A stretch of 64,000 bases of DNA from Candidatus Bathyarchaeia archaeon (GCA_038883655.1 JAVZLQ010000001.1:327208-391207); one strand, 5' to 3'. Counted from the first letter of the stretch, positions 1 through 10,059 are shown. Translations and numbers: made by a program. Notes: generated from the sequence alone by a model not told the origin.

Positions 1-1
1 G

Positions 2-664
2 CCGCATGTTCAATATAGGATAATAGCGATTAATGATGGAAGCCATGACAGAACGGGAGATGTTCTAAAAAACCTTTCAACAGAATACCCGATTAGGGTT
101 CTCGTGCACGATACAAACTTGGGTTTGGGCGCCGCTCTGAGAACAGGGCTTGTTGAAGCTGCAAATTTGGCGTGTAACGACGATTTTGTTGTTACCATGG
201 ACTCTGATAATACGCATAATCCTAAACATGTTCTTGACATGTTGAATTTCGCTTTTGATGCTGATGTAATTATTGGTTCCCGTTATGTTGATGGAGGAAA
301 ACAGCTTAATGTTCCTTTACATAGGGTGATTTTAAGCAAAGGAATTAACTTTTTAGTGAAAAGTCTGTTCCGTTTGCAGGTTAAGGACGCAACTAGCGGT
401 TTTAGGTGTTATAGGGCGCGTTTGCTTAAAGTTTTATGTGGCGTTTTTAGGGATAAGCTTATTGAGTCGAAGGGTTTTGTTGCTTCTCTTGAACTTTTGT
501 TGAAAGCTGTTAGTTTCGGCGGCGTTGTCAAAGAGGTTCCAATTTTGCTGGACTATGGGAGAAAGGGCGGTGTAAGTAAAATGCGGTTGCTCTCGACGGT
601 TTTTGGCTATTTATCCCTAATCGTAAGGTTTAGGTTTTTGAATGATTCGAAATGTTTGGGTTAG
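2..664 (+). CDS. GT2 polyprenol-phosphate glycosyltransferase (DPM1-like), 5'-truncated by window edge
   Basis: Frame is open from position 2 (PHVQYRIIAINDGSHDRT...). Motifs NDGS, N-x-G-x-G, MDSD, GSRY and DATSGFR are typical of dolichol-phosphate-sugar synthases. Confidence 0.85.
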   Translation, partial: PHVQYRIIAINDGSHDRTGDVLKNLSTEYPIRVLVHDTNLGLGAALRTGLVEAANLACNDDFVVTMDSDNTHNPKHVLDMLNFAFDADVIIGSRYVDGGKQLNVPLHRVILSKGINFLVKSLFRLQVKDATSGFRCYRARLLKVLCGVFRDKLIESKGFVASLELLLKAVSFGGVVKEVPILLDYGRKGGVSKMRLLSTVFGYLSLIVRFRFLNDSKCLG

Positions 665-706
665 TTTCGTTTTTTGTTTGAATAACTGTTTTGGTTTTTA
701 TTCTAA

Positions 707-740
707 GTCTGAGTCAGAACCACTAAAAAATTTTTAATAA
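707..740 (+). promoter_or_regulatory. Palindrome plus BRE/TATA promoter of the S-layer-like gene
   Basis: GTCTGAGTCAGAA-CCACTAAAAAA-TTTTTAATAA; a near-identical copy lies on the minus strand at 6414-6447. Confidence 0.6.
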
Positions 741-760
741 ATGTTGACACGCTTTCATAC

Positions 761-3760
761 ATGACCCATAAAAGAGGAATGAAAATGAAAAGAAGAAAGG
801 AAATACTATCAATTTTGCTAATAGCAACAATCGCAGCAACATTCCTAACAACAGCGATCTTCATAAAAACAACAGAAGCTACAGATCCATCAAGCTGGTA
901 CATGACAGTAAATGGTGTACTCGCCACAGACTATTATTCACTATATCCGTTTAAAACTGACAAAAGCCTAAAAATAGGATTTTCAAAGTTCGGCGAAATT
1001 ATAGATAGCAGCACAAACGTGGGTATAGAATACCGCGATAGGGACGCTTTTGCACCAGCAGCCGGAGCTAGTGTCCCATCAGAAATTGCAAAGCACAAGT
1101 GGATGAGCGGTTGGCTAATCAACATAACCTACATGTCAACAGCTGGCATAAGAAACATTTGGGCTATGGCTCAACACGCTGACCTTGTGGCTTATGGAAA
1201 CGACTGGATACGGGTTCACAGCGGATATGGCTATGAGGGCGCGTTAACCGAAGCTGATGAAGATCCCAAAGACCCTGGAAAACTGATCAGCACTGGTACA
1301 GGACCCTATAATGGTGGAAGAAAAACCAACGGCACGGCAACAACAGAAGATATTCGTGTTCTCTACAATGGTCCAAGAATGTTTGTTGCACGCACTGTTA
1401 CTCACATTTATGACTGGGATCCATCATGGACTGAGGATGAACCGCTTGTGGATGTTGTTTTCACGTTCATCTTCAACAAAGTTAAGAAAGAAGTTATCGT
1501 GATAAAGGACATTAAAGAAGTAACAACAAAATTTGTCTTCGGTCAACTAACAGTACCAGGAACCGCCCAGCAAAATGCAACCGTTAACGGCGCCATAATC
1601 CAATTTAGCAACAGAGGCGAATGGGATATTGGACCAGCAAACACCTACGACAGCTACGTGCACTTCTACAGGGCGGCAAATGCCACAGAGCTCACAATGG
1701 GTTTGTCAACAGTTTACAATGAAGATTATCACTTGAACCCAACACTATATGCGGCGCCGTGGCTTGGCATATCAAGTTATGGGCTCCAACCAAGTTCTAG
1801 CGGAACATATGATGTGGCGCAGATAGTTGCTAAGGATAGGGCTTACGTTGGTTGGGCTGCCTTCTGGCCTTCAGTTTCTAACTGGCATGTGGATGCCGGC
1901 TACCAGAATAAATGGTGGAAATCTTTGAGTTATGGTGAAGATGCTGCTGACACGGCAATAGAGCCTTTCATGTCGCCGTACATAATTGGTGAATGGGACT
2001 TCGTGTTAACCAAGACGCCAGTTGATTCTGGTGGACGACACTTTGACAGACAGTTTAGAGGCGTAACAGTTTATGGGTTAACTGACAATTGGAACGGAGA
2101 CGACGCTAACCGTTCAGGCGGAAGCAATGTTCTAGACCGTGAAATTTTGTATCAACTTGACGAAGTTTTCAATCCATGGGACTTGTACAGTGCAGTGCAC
2201 AAGGATACCAAGAGGTGGGTGGAATTCCATACGGTAACGGCGGCTGAATATCAAAATGCACAAACAAATCATGTTGACTTGAACATAACATTGACCTACA
2301 CGCCAGTGAAATACTCTGTAATATGGGAGGAATACTGCAGCTTTAGCGAAAGGGTTGAATGGGGAGGCGCCCGCAGAATACCCGTTAGAGCTGTTTGGAC
2401 CACCTATGACTATGAATTGTACGTTGACGAGGATGGCGTTGGCATAATAAACATTCCATGGAGTAAAGTTCCAGCAGCAGGCACGGTGATAAAAATCCTA
2501 TACTCGACAGACACTGATTGGGAAAGAACAGAGGAAATAGTCTTCGAATTCTTTGCAGAAGACAGCACTGAGTTGTCTGATTCTGATTATGAGAGTTGGA
2601 CCGACCCGTTAGGTGTCACCCACTTAGTAGACATAGACGATATTGACATCAGCGCATCCACGACCGCCCAAGAAGATTTTGAAGAAACCTTCACATTCAC
2701 CCTTTACGGATGGGAACATGACTTCAAAGTTTTCAAGAACAGCACCTACTTGTGCAGTTGGGACTACATTGAAGAAATGAAACAAGAGGGCACTAACGCG
2801 GATGTAACTCTCGAGTTTCTGGATATACACTGGCTAATCACAGCGCCTGAAACCGAAGATGTTCACGTTTGGGAATTGGGCTTTAAGGCAACAGTGGAAA
2901 TCACAATAAGTTACAACGCAACAGAAACAGAAATGAACATAACAGCCACCGTAACCCTCGCGCCACCAGGAGAGTATGTTCCATCAGACGTGTTATATAG
3001 TGAAAGTGTTCCAGGACGCTATGAGTGGGTTGTTGTTGGCAACCACTCCCGCGCCATAGACTCCATAGGCGCAGCAATGGTGGCTGCGGCCTTCAAGAAT
3101 AAGCAAGTGGAAATTGGTAACGGCGGCTTAGACATGATGGACATGTGGGGCACTAACGTGCCATATCTACTCGCTGACATGGGTTATGCCACATGGCGTG
3201 CTGGAGGACCAGCATGGACAGACATTTACGACAGCATTGGACGATTAGCCTACATAGACGACTGGTGCACGCGCTACCCAGTTTCAACATCAAACATAAT
3301 CACAGTAGCTGGTCCGTCCGCCAACCTGTTCAGCGAATACTTTAACGAGTTCTCGCAGGCAATACAGATTTACGGCATAACAAGCGGATACCTAATAGAC
3401 GTAATATTTGCGCCTACATGCTGGAACACGACAAAAGCCAGCAACTACCTTGGACAATGGTACTACAAGAACAGCTGGTGGGAAAGCGAAATTACTGGCT
3501 ACGGTATAGGCGTAATATCAACTTACAAGGACATTAACGGCACGGTTGGCTTCCTAATCCACGGCTGGAGTGGCGACGACACCTACTACACATGCAAGTG
3601 GTTCCACGAGTATGGCATATACTACATGCAAGAACTCAACCCTGGAGTAACAACACTTGTGCTACGAATAGACTACACGGAAGACCCGCATTATCCAACA
3701 GTGACGATACTCGAACACCTCGGAACAATAAGCGAGAAAATAGAGATACATGACCCATAA
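761..3760 (+). CDS. S-layer-like large surface glycoprotein (likely start 785)
   Basis: Signal peptide MKRRKEILSILLIATIAATFLTTA, many N-x-S/T sequons, and a C-terminal block (VVVG..A.DSIGAAMVAAA ... NIITVAGPSAN) resembling archaeal S-layer C-terminal domains; flanked by glycosyltransferases. Confidence 0.7.
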   Translation: MTHKRGMKMKRRKEILSILLIATIAATFLTTAIFIKTTEATDPSSWYMTVNGVLATDYYSLYPFKTDKSLKIGFSKFGEIIDSSTNVGIEYRDRDAFAPAAGASVPSEIAKHKWMSGWLINITYMSTAGIRNIWAMAQHADLVAYGNDWIRVHSGYGYEGALTEADEDPKDPGKLISTGTGPYNGGRKTNGTATTEDIRVLYNGPRMFVARTVTHIYDWDPSWTEDEPLVDVVFTFIFNKVKKEVIVIKDIKEVTTKFVFGQLTVPGTAQQNATVNGAIIQFSNRGEWDIGPANTYDSYVHFYRAANATELTMGLSTVYNEDYHLNPTLYAAPWLGISSYGLQPSSSGTYDVAQIVAKDRAYVGWAAFWPSVSNWHVDAGYQNKWWKSLSYGEDAADTAIEPFMSPYIIGEWDFVLTKTPVDSGGRHFDRQFRGVTVYGLTDNWNGDDANRSGGSNVLDREILYQLDEVFNPWDLYSAVHKDTKRWVEFHTVTAAEYQNAQTNHVDLNITLTYTPVKYSVIWEEYCSFSERVEWGGARRIPVRAVWTTYDYELYVDEDGVGIINIPWSKVPAAGTVIKILYSTDTDWERTEEIVFEFFAEDSTELSDSDYESWTDPLGVTHLVDIDDIDISASTTAQEDFEETFTFTLYGWEHDFKVFKNSTYLCSWDYIEEMKQEGTNADVTLEFLDIHWLITAPETEDVHVWELGFKATVEITISYNATETEMNITATVTLAPPGEYVPSDVLYSESVPGRYEWVVVGNHSRAIDSIGAAMVAAAFKNKQVEIGNGGLDMMDMWGTNVPYLLADMGYATWRAGGPAWTDIYDSIGRLAYIDDWCTRYPVSTSNIITVAGPSANLFSEYFNEFSQAIQIYGITSGYLIDVIFAPTCWNTTKASNYLGQWYYKNSWWESEITGYGIGVISTYKDINGTVGFLIHGWSGDDTYYTCKWFHEYGIYYMQELNPGVTTLVLRIDYTEDPHYPTVTILEHLGTISEKIEIHDP

Positions 3761-3802
3761 CACAAAATCCCCAATTTTCTTTCTCCCCTTTTTATAAAAC
3801 TT

Positions 3803-5095
3803 CTAACGCCGTACTGTGTACAACCACCATAGTATCTCCAAGTCTCTTGATGCAACCCTCTCCCAAGAAAAGCGCTTAACATAACTCCTTGACATAAAAC
3901 TCAAAACTTCGTATTCCAGCACATTTTTACCTAAAACTTCCAGAATCCGAGATGCTAAACCATCAATATCCTTAACTGGTACGAGAAAAACACTTTTACA
4001 CTTTCCAAAAACCTCTCTTAAGGCAGGAATATCGTAAGCCACAACTGGCAAACCACAAGCCAAGGCCTCAGCAACGGATATTCCCCAACCCTCAAAAAGA
4101 CTTGGAAAAGCGAACACTTTGCTTTGCTTCAAAAGCCGAAAAAGCTCCACATCCGCGCAGCGTCCCCTAACAAAAACGTTCTTTTCCAAACTAGAAAGCG
4201 CAACTGCACTCTTAAGCAGCTTAAGCTCCAAACCGCTACCAATAATCAAGAGCTTCGCGTCACTTTTCGCCTTGACAACCCTCTTCCAAGCCTCAAGTAG
4301 GTCGAAAACACCCTTCTCTTTGGAAATTCTGCCAACAAAAACAGCATCATAAATTTTCATGTCCTTTGAAGGCTTCACATTCTCGAGCAATTTAATGTCA
4401 ACAGCATTTCCACTAACGAAAACTTTTACATTTGACACTCCGCTTCGCCTTAAAGATCTGGCGGTAAAACGCGAAACTACAATTATCGCATTTGCCCTTC
4501 TTAGCAAGGAAATTGTAATATAGAAAGCAACAGCCTTAACTAGGGCAACGGTGCGGCCATAACCAACATTCCTATAACAACTGTAAAGCGAACACGCGCT
4601 TTTCTTGTCAACGTTCAAGGATGGCAAGTCGATGTGATGCACAACGACACATAATGGCAACCGTAAAATCCAACTTAAAGCACAGCCAGCAAGAAGATTT
4701 GGAAAAGTGTTGTTGGGAACAAATATGATCTGAGGCTTGGCTTCTCGTACAAACGCTAAACCCTCAAAAGAAGCTTTAACAGCCCACAAAACCCAACAAA
4801 AATAGTTAACAAGCCAACCAGTGCCCCTCAAATGTGAAGAAATCAGACGCCTATAACATTTAACTTCAGAGTTTGCCAACAGACTTGGCTGAGACTCCAA
4901 AACAGAAAACGCGAAAACGCGTTTTCCGCAGAGAAACTTCAAAGTTTCGACAAAGCGTTTTTCAGCTCCACCCATCGCCGTAACAGAAGCGCTTGGATGA
5001 AAAAACACGGCTAAAACACGGATGGCGCTTCCAACATTTCTATTTGGTTCTGGCGGCGCTGCATAACAAATTTGCCTTTGTTCCGCCTTTAACAC
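3803..5095 (-). CDS. GT4 family glycosyltransferase
   Basis: GGAE, FVGRISKEKG and PSLFEGWGISVAEALACG (E-x7-E) motifs. Confidence 0.9.
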   Translation of the reverse strand: MLKAEQRQICYAAPPEPNRNVGSAIRVLAVFFHPSASVTAMGGAEKRFVETLKFLCGKRVFAFSVLESQPSLLANSEVKCYRRLISSHLRGTGWLVNYFCWVLWAVKASFEGLAFVREAKPQIIFVPNNTFPNLLAGCALSWILRLPLCVVVHHIDLPSLNVDKKSACSLYSCYRNVGYGRTVALVKAVAFYITISLLRRANAIIVVSRFTARSLRRSGVSNVKVFVSGNAVDIKLLENVKPSKDMKIYDAVFVGRISKEKGVFDLLEAWKRVVKAKSDAKLLIIGSGLELKLLKSAVALSSLEKNVFVRGRCADVELFRLLKQSKVFAFPSLFEGWGISVAEALACGLPVVAYDIPALREVFGKCKSVFLVPVKDIDGLASRILEVLGKNVLEYEVLSFMSRSYVKRFSWERVASRDLEILWWLYTVRR

Positions 5096-6309
5096 GCTAG
5101 TTCCACATCATCCAATTTTTGAAGAGTTTCCTCGAGAATCTCAAAATGCCTATCACAGGAGAAGTTTCCTTCAACAAAACTTCTAGCCGCAGCGGAAAAC
5201 CTCTCCTTCCCAACATCAACTATCCTTAAAATTTTTTCAGCAAAATCCTCGACGTCGTAAGGCGTTGCCCTATAACCAGTCTTGCCATCAAAAACGGTTT
5301 CGCATGGTCCGCCGTGGTCGTCCCAAACGACGGCTGGTGTTCCACAGGCCATAGCTTCAACTGGTCCAAGTCCAAAATCCTCCCTTGGAACAGAATAAGC
5401 GTAAACATCAGCCGCATTATAAAGCTTGACAAGTTCATTTTGAGGTTTGAACCCCAAAAACTTCACGTTATTCTCTATACCTAGTTTTTTGGCGATTTTC
5501 AAAAGCTTTTCAACGTATTGGCTGTTCTCCTTTGAGATTTCACCTGTAACCGCCAGAGTCGCCGATGGAAAATCCTTAACAACATAACTCATTATTTCAA
5601 GAAGCCACTCCCAACGCTTAACAGCAACAATTCTTCCAGTAGAGAGAATAAGCGGCCAACAAAAACTGCCACGCACTTCTCTCACGAGCTTCTTGTCCAG
5701 TATTTCGAACGCTTCGACGTCAACTGGTGGATAGCAAACTTTGGCTTTTACTCCATAAATTGTTCTTATTCTCTTTGCCGTAAAGTGGCTGTTAGCCAAA
5801 ACAGCGTCAGAATTCACCACGCCCAAATAATCCAGTTCCCTCAGCAGTGGACCAGCAATCTTGCCAAGTCTATATATTATCTCTCTAATATCATTAAATC
5901 TCCATAGGACTCTCTCCTCCTTTTTTAAGTATAGAAAACGTGGCGGAGAATGAATGTAACTGACATACCTTTTGCCGTTTAGCCTCTTATTCAAATAGCC
6001 TATCCATGGGGCTGGGCCGTATCCGTGGCAGAGTAGAACATCCTCTTCTTTCAAGGCTGGTAAGGTTAATGGTGCCAGTGGAATCGACGATATTATCCTC
6101 ACTGCTGGGTTGTTTGGGATTAAACGCTTAAAGAAGCTTTTCGTGTAGCAGTGTGGGTTTTTGGTTTCTCTTCGTAGGTTTTTGTCGACATAAGCAAAAA
6201 GACACTCTGCGTCGTGTCCTCTTTTTCTAAAAAGTTCCACCTGTTTAAGGATTACCCTCTCCGCTCCCCCAAGTTCTTTTAGGTGGCTATAGAGTATGGC
6301 TATCTTCAA
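5089..6309 (-). CDS. GT4 family glycosyltransferase
   Basis: LGGAER, GRIVAVKR and EDFGLGPVEAMACG motifs; overlaps the downstream GT4, suggesting an operon. Confidence 0.9.
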   Translation of the reverse strand: MKIAILYSHLKELGGAERVILKQVELFRKRGHDAECLFAYVDKNLRRETKNPHCYTKSFFKRLIPNNPAVRIISSIPLAPLTLPALKEEDVLLCHGYGPAPWIGYLNKRLNGKRYVSYIHSPPRFLYLKKEERVLWRFNDIREIIYRLGKIAGPLLRELDYLGVVNSDAVLANSHFTAKRIRTIYGVKAKVCYPPVDVEAFEILDKKLVREVRGSFCWPLILSTGRIVAVKRWEWLLEIMSYVVKDFPSATLAVTGEISKENSQYVEKLLKIAKKLGIENNVKFLGFKPQNELVKLYNAADVYAYSVPREDFGLGPVEAMACGTPAVVWDDHGGPCETVFDGKTGYRATPYDVEDFAEKILRIVDVGKERFSAAARSFVEGNFSCDRHFEILEETLQKLDDVELAC

Positions 6310-6413
6310 CTATTTTCATCCTCGCTTTTCAGAGCCAACCAGTTTTAGTGGTTCATTCTATTTGCCATATTCATGTCTGTTTTGGCTTTGTGGAATGGTT
6401 CTTCTTTAAACGA

Positions 6414-6447
6414 TTATTAAAAAGTTTTTAGTGGTTCAGAATCCGAA
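6414..6447 (-). promoter_or_regulatory. Palindrome plus BRE/TATA promoter of the GT4 operon
   Basis: Reverse complement reads TTCGGATTCTGAA-CCACTAAAAAC-TTTTTAATAA; 23/24 identical to 717-740. Confidence 0.6.
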
Positions 6448-6528
6448 CAAGAAACACTCGAAAAGATACACTTAAATCCAACAGCCTTTTCTATACCACC
6501 AACACATCAAACAGAAGAAGCGAAGACG

Positions 6529-7647
6529 ATGAACGAAATACCACTCGAACCTGCAGACATAACAACACTCCAAGAAGAATTCGAAAGAATAACATCCTTG
6601 GTTTTAACGGAATTCCAAATAGAAGAATCTATGCTGGAACATGGTGTACCCACATACTACCTCAAGCAGCCACAAGAAACAAAACAGCCATTTCTAAACC
6701 TCCTCAAAAAATTAGATGAAATAAACTTTATCGCAGTGCTCCGCAAAATTGATGGCCGCATAGTCTTGAAAGTAATCAAAAAACCAGCCACAAAGAAAAG
6801 CAACATAATAATTAATTGGGTACTATTCCTCGCAACAATAGCAACAACATTCATAACAGGATATCTACTATCCGAAGGCCTAACAGACCCGGTAATTGGC
6901 GGAGCAACATTCACGATCTCATTAATGACCATATTAGGGCTGCATGAACTAGGACATAAGTTAATTGCAAACAAAAAGGGAATAGAAGCAACCCCTCCGT
7001 ACTTCATTCCAGGCCCACCTCCAATTGGCGAATTCCTTGGACTTGGAACTTTTGGCGCAGTTATATTGCAGAAATCCCTTCCTCCCAACAAAGATGCCTT
7101 ATTTGACATAGGCTCAAGCGGTCCAATTCTCAGCTTCATATTAGCCTCTTTAGCAGCATTCGTTGGTTTACTCTTGTCACCAATAATGTATAGTAATGAA
7201 CAGTTGCCATCGCTTCCTATTCCATTAATGTTTTTGTTGTTGGTTGAGCTTTTAATCAATGTTCCACCAGCTCCACCAGATAAGCCATACACGTATATAC
7301 TGTTGCATCCAGTTGCTGTGGCAGGATGGGCTGGTATTTTTGTTACAATGTTGAACTTGATGCCTGCGGCGGTGCTTGATGGTGGTCATATTGCACGGGC
7401 AATTTTCGGGAGAAAGGTACGCATTATGCTAACCATGTTTTCGGTTCTATCTCTAGCCTTTATCAGTCCCGTAATGGCGATTTTCGTTTTGTTTATGTCG
7501 ATGTACGGGCATCCTGGACCTTTAGATGACGTTTCAAGTTTGTCGAAGGGCAGAAAATTTTTGGCTGTGTTTCTTGTAATAATTTTTGTTTTATCTTCAT
7601 TTTTGCATTATCTGGTTTTTCTGTTATTTGATTTGTTTGGTTTTTGA
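6529..7647 (+). CDS. Site-2 protease (M50) intramembrane metalloprotease
   Basis: HELGH zinc motif, NLMPAAVLDGG (NxxPxxxLDG) and multiple TM helices. Confidence 0.92.
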   Translation: MNEIPLEPADITTLQEEFERITSLVLTEFQIEESMLEHGVPTYYLKQPQETKQPFLNLLKKLDEINFIAVLRKIDGRIVLKVIKKPATKKSNIIINWVLFLATIATTFITGYLLSEGLTDPVIGGATFTISLMTILGLHELGHKLIANKKGIEATPPYFIPGPPPIGEFLGLGTFGAVILQKSLPPNKDALFDIGSSGPILSFILASLAAFVGLLLSPIMYSNEQLPSLPIPLMFLLLVELLINVPPAPPDKPYTYILLHPVAVAGWAGIFVTMLNLMPAAVLDGGHIARAIFGRKVRIMLTMFSVLSLAFISPVMAIFVLFMSMYGHPGPLDDVSSLSKGRKFLAVFLVIIFVLSSFLHYLVFLLFDLFGF

Positions 7648-7778
7648 TTTTGCATATATTTTTTGTATACATTTGTATTTGTGTTGTGCTTGTGGACGGT
7701 AAGGTTTATTAAATATTACTATACTGGATAATCTTGATTAGACATGTCAAAAATAGAACATAACGAAGGGCGAAAAAT

Positions 7779-8003
7779 ATGAAAGGCGCAGCCATACTAC
7801 TAGCCTTCTTCCTACTGTTTGCATCAGCCTCTCTACTAATTCCTTCGCCAATGTTCCCGGGAAACTTTTTCTGCACCTTAATAGGAGAAGCCGTAAGCTC
7901 ATACGCCAATTATTTGAGCGCCTTCTTCAACGGAATATTTTACGGCGTGATTTTGTGGTTTGTCTTTTCAATAATAAGCAAAAAGCTTGTTGAAGAAAAA
8001 TAG
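7779..8003 (+). CDS. Small membrane protein
   Basis: Two hydrophobic segments, basic C-terminus, ATG start. Confidence 0.6.
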   Translation: MKGAAILLAFFLLFASASLLIPSPMFPGNFFCTLIGEAVSSYANYLSAFFNGIFYGVILWFVFSIISKKLVEEK

Positions 8004-8022
8004 CTTAGGCGTTCGTCTACTT

Positions 8023-8304
8023 TCATAGTTCTGGCTGCTGTAAAAACCCTATAAGCCTAATTGTACTGCCGCATTTATTGCACATCAAAATTAATTCTGC
8101 CAAATCGTTGCCCTTAACTCTTGTATCGACAATTTGGTAAACTTCTTCCGTTGTATCGTCTGGTGATATTATTACTCCACATTTCGGACATGGAAACGCT
8201 CCATCTCCATCAATTTTAGTTAAATCCACCGTGTATATCGCACTTTTTTTGGCAGATGTTTTCTTCATCATGTTTAGACACATCTTTCCAAGTTTTGTCT
8301 TCAT
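8023..8304 (-). CDS. Small zinc-ribbon protein
   Basis: CPKC ... CNKC pairs. Confidence 0.7.
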   Translation of the reverse strand: MKTKLGKMCLNMMKKTSAKKSAIYTVDLTKIDGDGAFPCPKCGVIISPDDTTEEVYQIVDTRVKGNDLAELILMCNKCGSTIRLIGFLQQPEL

Positions 8305-8408
8305 GGTTAAACTTGAATATAATTAACAATTATGAATTCAGAATACAAATTTTGGATTCATAACCCTAATTACGTGTTTAGCCTTCTAGGTGTAATGGGT
8401 GTAATAGT

Positions 8409-8726
8409 TTGCCTTTATGGCATGAAATTGAAGATTTGCAGAAGAAAAAGGCAGAATTAGAGTTTCAACTTCATTCAGTTGAAGAGAAAGAGAAAAATCT
8501 TGAAGAGAGAGCAAGACTGCTGGAGGAAAAATTAGCGATTCAACAGCTGGAAGAGAAGCTTAGGATTAAAATGGAAGCCGTGGAGAAGCTTGAGGCTCGA
8601 ATAAACGAGTTAGAGCAGAAACTTCAAAAGCGAGAAACAAGTCCTTCAACTGCAATAACGATGGAGCCACAAGTTCAACAGAATGCAAACGAATCACCAT
8701 TACGAAGGCTTTTTGGGGAGCAATAA
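8409..8726 (+). CDS. Small coiled-coil protein
   Basis: Continuous E/K/L heptads over residues ~5-75; C-terminal SPLRRLFG. Confidence 0.7.
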   Translation: MPLWHEIEDLQKKKAELEFQLHSVEEKEKNLEERARLLEEKLAIQQLEEKLRIKMEAVEKLEARINELEQKLQKRETSPSTAITMEPQVQQNANESPLRRLFGEQ

Positions 8727-8935
8727 CGTAGAACTGTACGACCGCGAAACATATTGTTCGTTATTCCACAAATGCGACTATGATAGCGGCTATGATAGCG
8801 GCTATCCTTCACATATGGGAAACTTTATAGCAATTTTAGAAACAAAAACTTACATTTTAAGGCAGAACATCACGCAATATTTCTAGTAAAAATGCAACCA
8901 ACAAACTTATATTTTCTACGCAATCAACTTATAGA

Positions 8936-9005
8936 TGGTGCAGGATAGCAGCGCAGCATACGGCAAGGCTAGTAGGGTTTTTCCTTTCACATCATTCCTG
9001 CACCA
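8936..9005. ncRNA. Candidate structured small RNA closed by a 10-bp stem
   Basis: TGGTGCAGGA (8936-8945) pairs with TCCTGCACCA (8996-9005); TATA-like CTTATATTTT ~25 nt upstream on the plus strand. Confidence 0.35.
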
Positions 9006-9058
9006 CTAATTTAATCATCTATCTTAGCTATTGAGATTAGCACAATCACAGAATTGGT

Positions 9059-9628
9059 TTACATAAAAATTTCTTGTGCTGCTTTTCGATATATTTCGAA
9101 ATCTTGTCTTGTAAATAAAACGAATATTATTTCGTCAAATTTGTTTTCTTTTTCAACAAACTCTTTTATGGTTGCCAATGCTACTTTACATGCTTTCTCG
9201 ATGGGATATCCATACGCGCCTGTACTTATTGACGGAAAGGCTATCGTCTTTAATCCCTTAGAAACCGCCAGCATCAAGGAGTTGCGGTAGGCTTCAGCCA
9301 AAAGTTCTGGCTCGCCTTGGTTTCCACCACGCCAGATAGGTCCAACAGTATGAATAACGTATTTGGCTTTTAGGTTTCCCCCAGAAGTTATGACAGCCCT
9401 GCCCGTTGGGAGCCCATTCGGCCATTCACTTGCCCTTATACGTTTGCATTCCTCTAGGATTTTTGGTCCGCCCTTGCAGTGGATTGCGCCGTCGACGCCT
9501 CCTCCTCCCATGAGGGTTGGGTTTGCCGCGTTTACTATTGCATCTGTGTCCATTTCTGTTATGTCACCTTGAACAAGGCAGATTTTTGTCTTACCAATTT
9601 TGAAAGATACAGACATTGTGTTATCCAC
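9059..9628 (-). CDS. Macro-domain ADP-ribose-binding / O-acetyl-ADP-ribose deacetylase (YmdB-like)
   Basis: GDIT, AIVNAAN, GGGGVDGAIH, VIHTVGP and FPSISTGAYG motifs. Confidence 0.93.
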   Translation of the reverse strand: MDNTMSVSFKIGKTKICLVQGDITEMDTDAIVNAANPTLMGGGGVDGAIHCKGGPKILEECKRIRASEWPNGLPTGRAVITSGGNLKAKYVIHTVGPIWRGGNQGEPELLAEAYRNSLMLAVSKGLKTIAFPSISTGAYGYPIEKACKVALATIKEFVEKENKFDEIIFVLFTRQDFEIYRKAAQEIFM

Positions 9629-9768
9629 AATATCTTTTCATCAAAATTTGCTTAAAATTTTAATCCTAAACCCAGAGAATAAGGGACTGTCATAAGACTC
9701 ATAAGACTTTGGTTTTTAAGTTTAAATATGCCTTTTACTGAAAACTACATAGGAGTGGTTATAGAATC

Positions 9769-10059
9769 TTGAAACGCGATCTGCTGGAAAGTTACTTCTG
9801 GGGATTTGTTACAGGTTCAGGAATTACAAGTTTGATTCTTCTTATATACTTAAGAGCTGTATTCCAAATCCAAATAATTGGACCCGCCCACTCCGATTAC
9901 GGTTGGGTAACTTTTATTCTTGGAACAGAGCATCCTAATGGTTACTGGTATAACAGTATGGTTGGGTATACAACTACCTTTATAGTTTTAGCAGTCTTTG
10001 TGATTTTCTTTAGCATACTCCTCAGCATAATAACATTTAAAGAGAGTAAGCCGCGGTAA
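9769..10059 (+). CDS. Small two-TM membrane protein
   Basis: Two hydrophobic helices; AGGAG upstream of a TTG start. Confidence 0.55.
   Translation: MKRDLLESYFWGFVTGSGITSLILLIYLRAVFQIQIIGPAHSDYGWVTFILGTEHPNGYWYNSMVGYTTTFIVLAVFVIFFSILLSIITFKESKPR

Noticed and set aside
7679-7710. Weak resemblance (TGTTG..GTGGA..AGGTTTA) to the cdvC-mobB foldback arm
   Set aside because: Low-complexity G/T-rich match, too degenerate to call a copy by eye
8778-8805. Tandem 12-mer CTATGATAGCGG x2.3 and the overlapping 67-aa ORF 8683-8886
   Set aside because: Only two units with no spacers, so not CRISPR; the ORF overlaps the upstream gene and has no features, so probably a local duplication
9690-9707. Tandem TCATAAGAC x2 in a divergent promoter region
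   Set aside because: Too short to distinguish from chance or slippage; no other copy noticed
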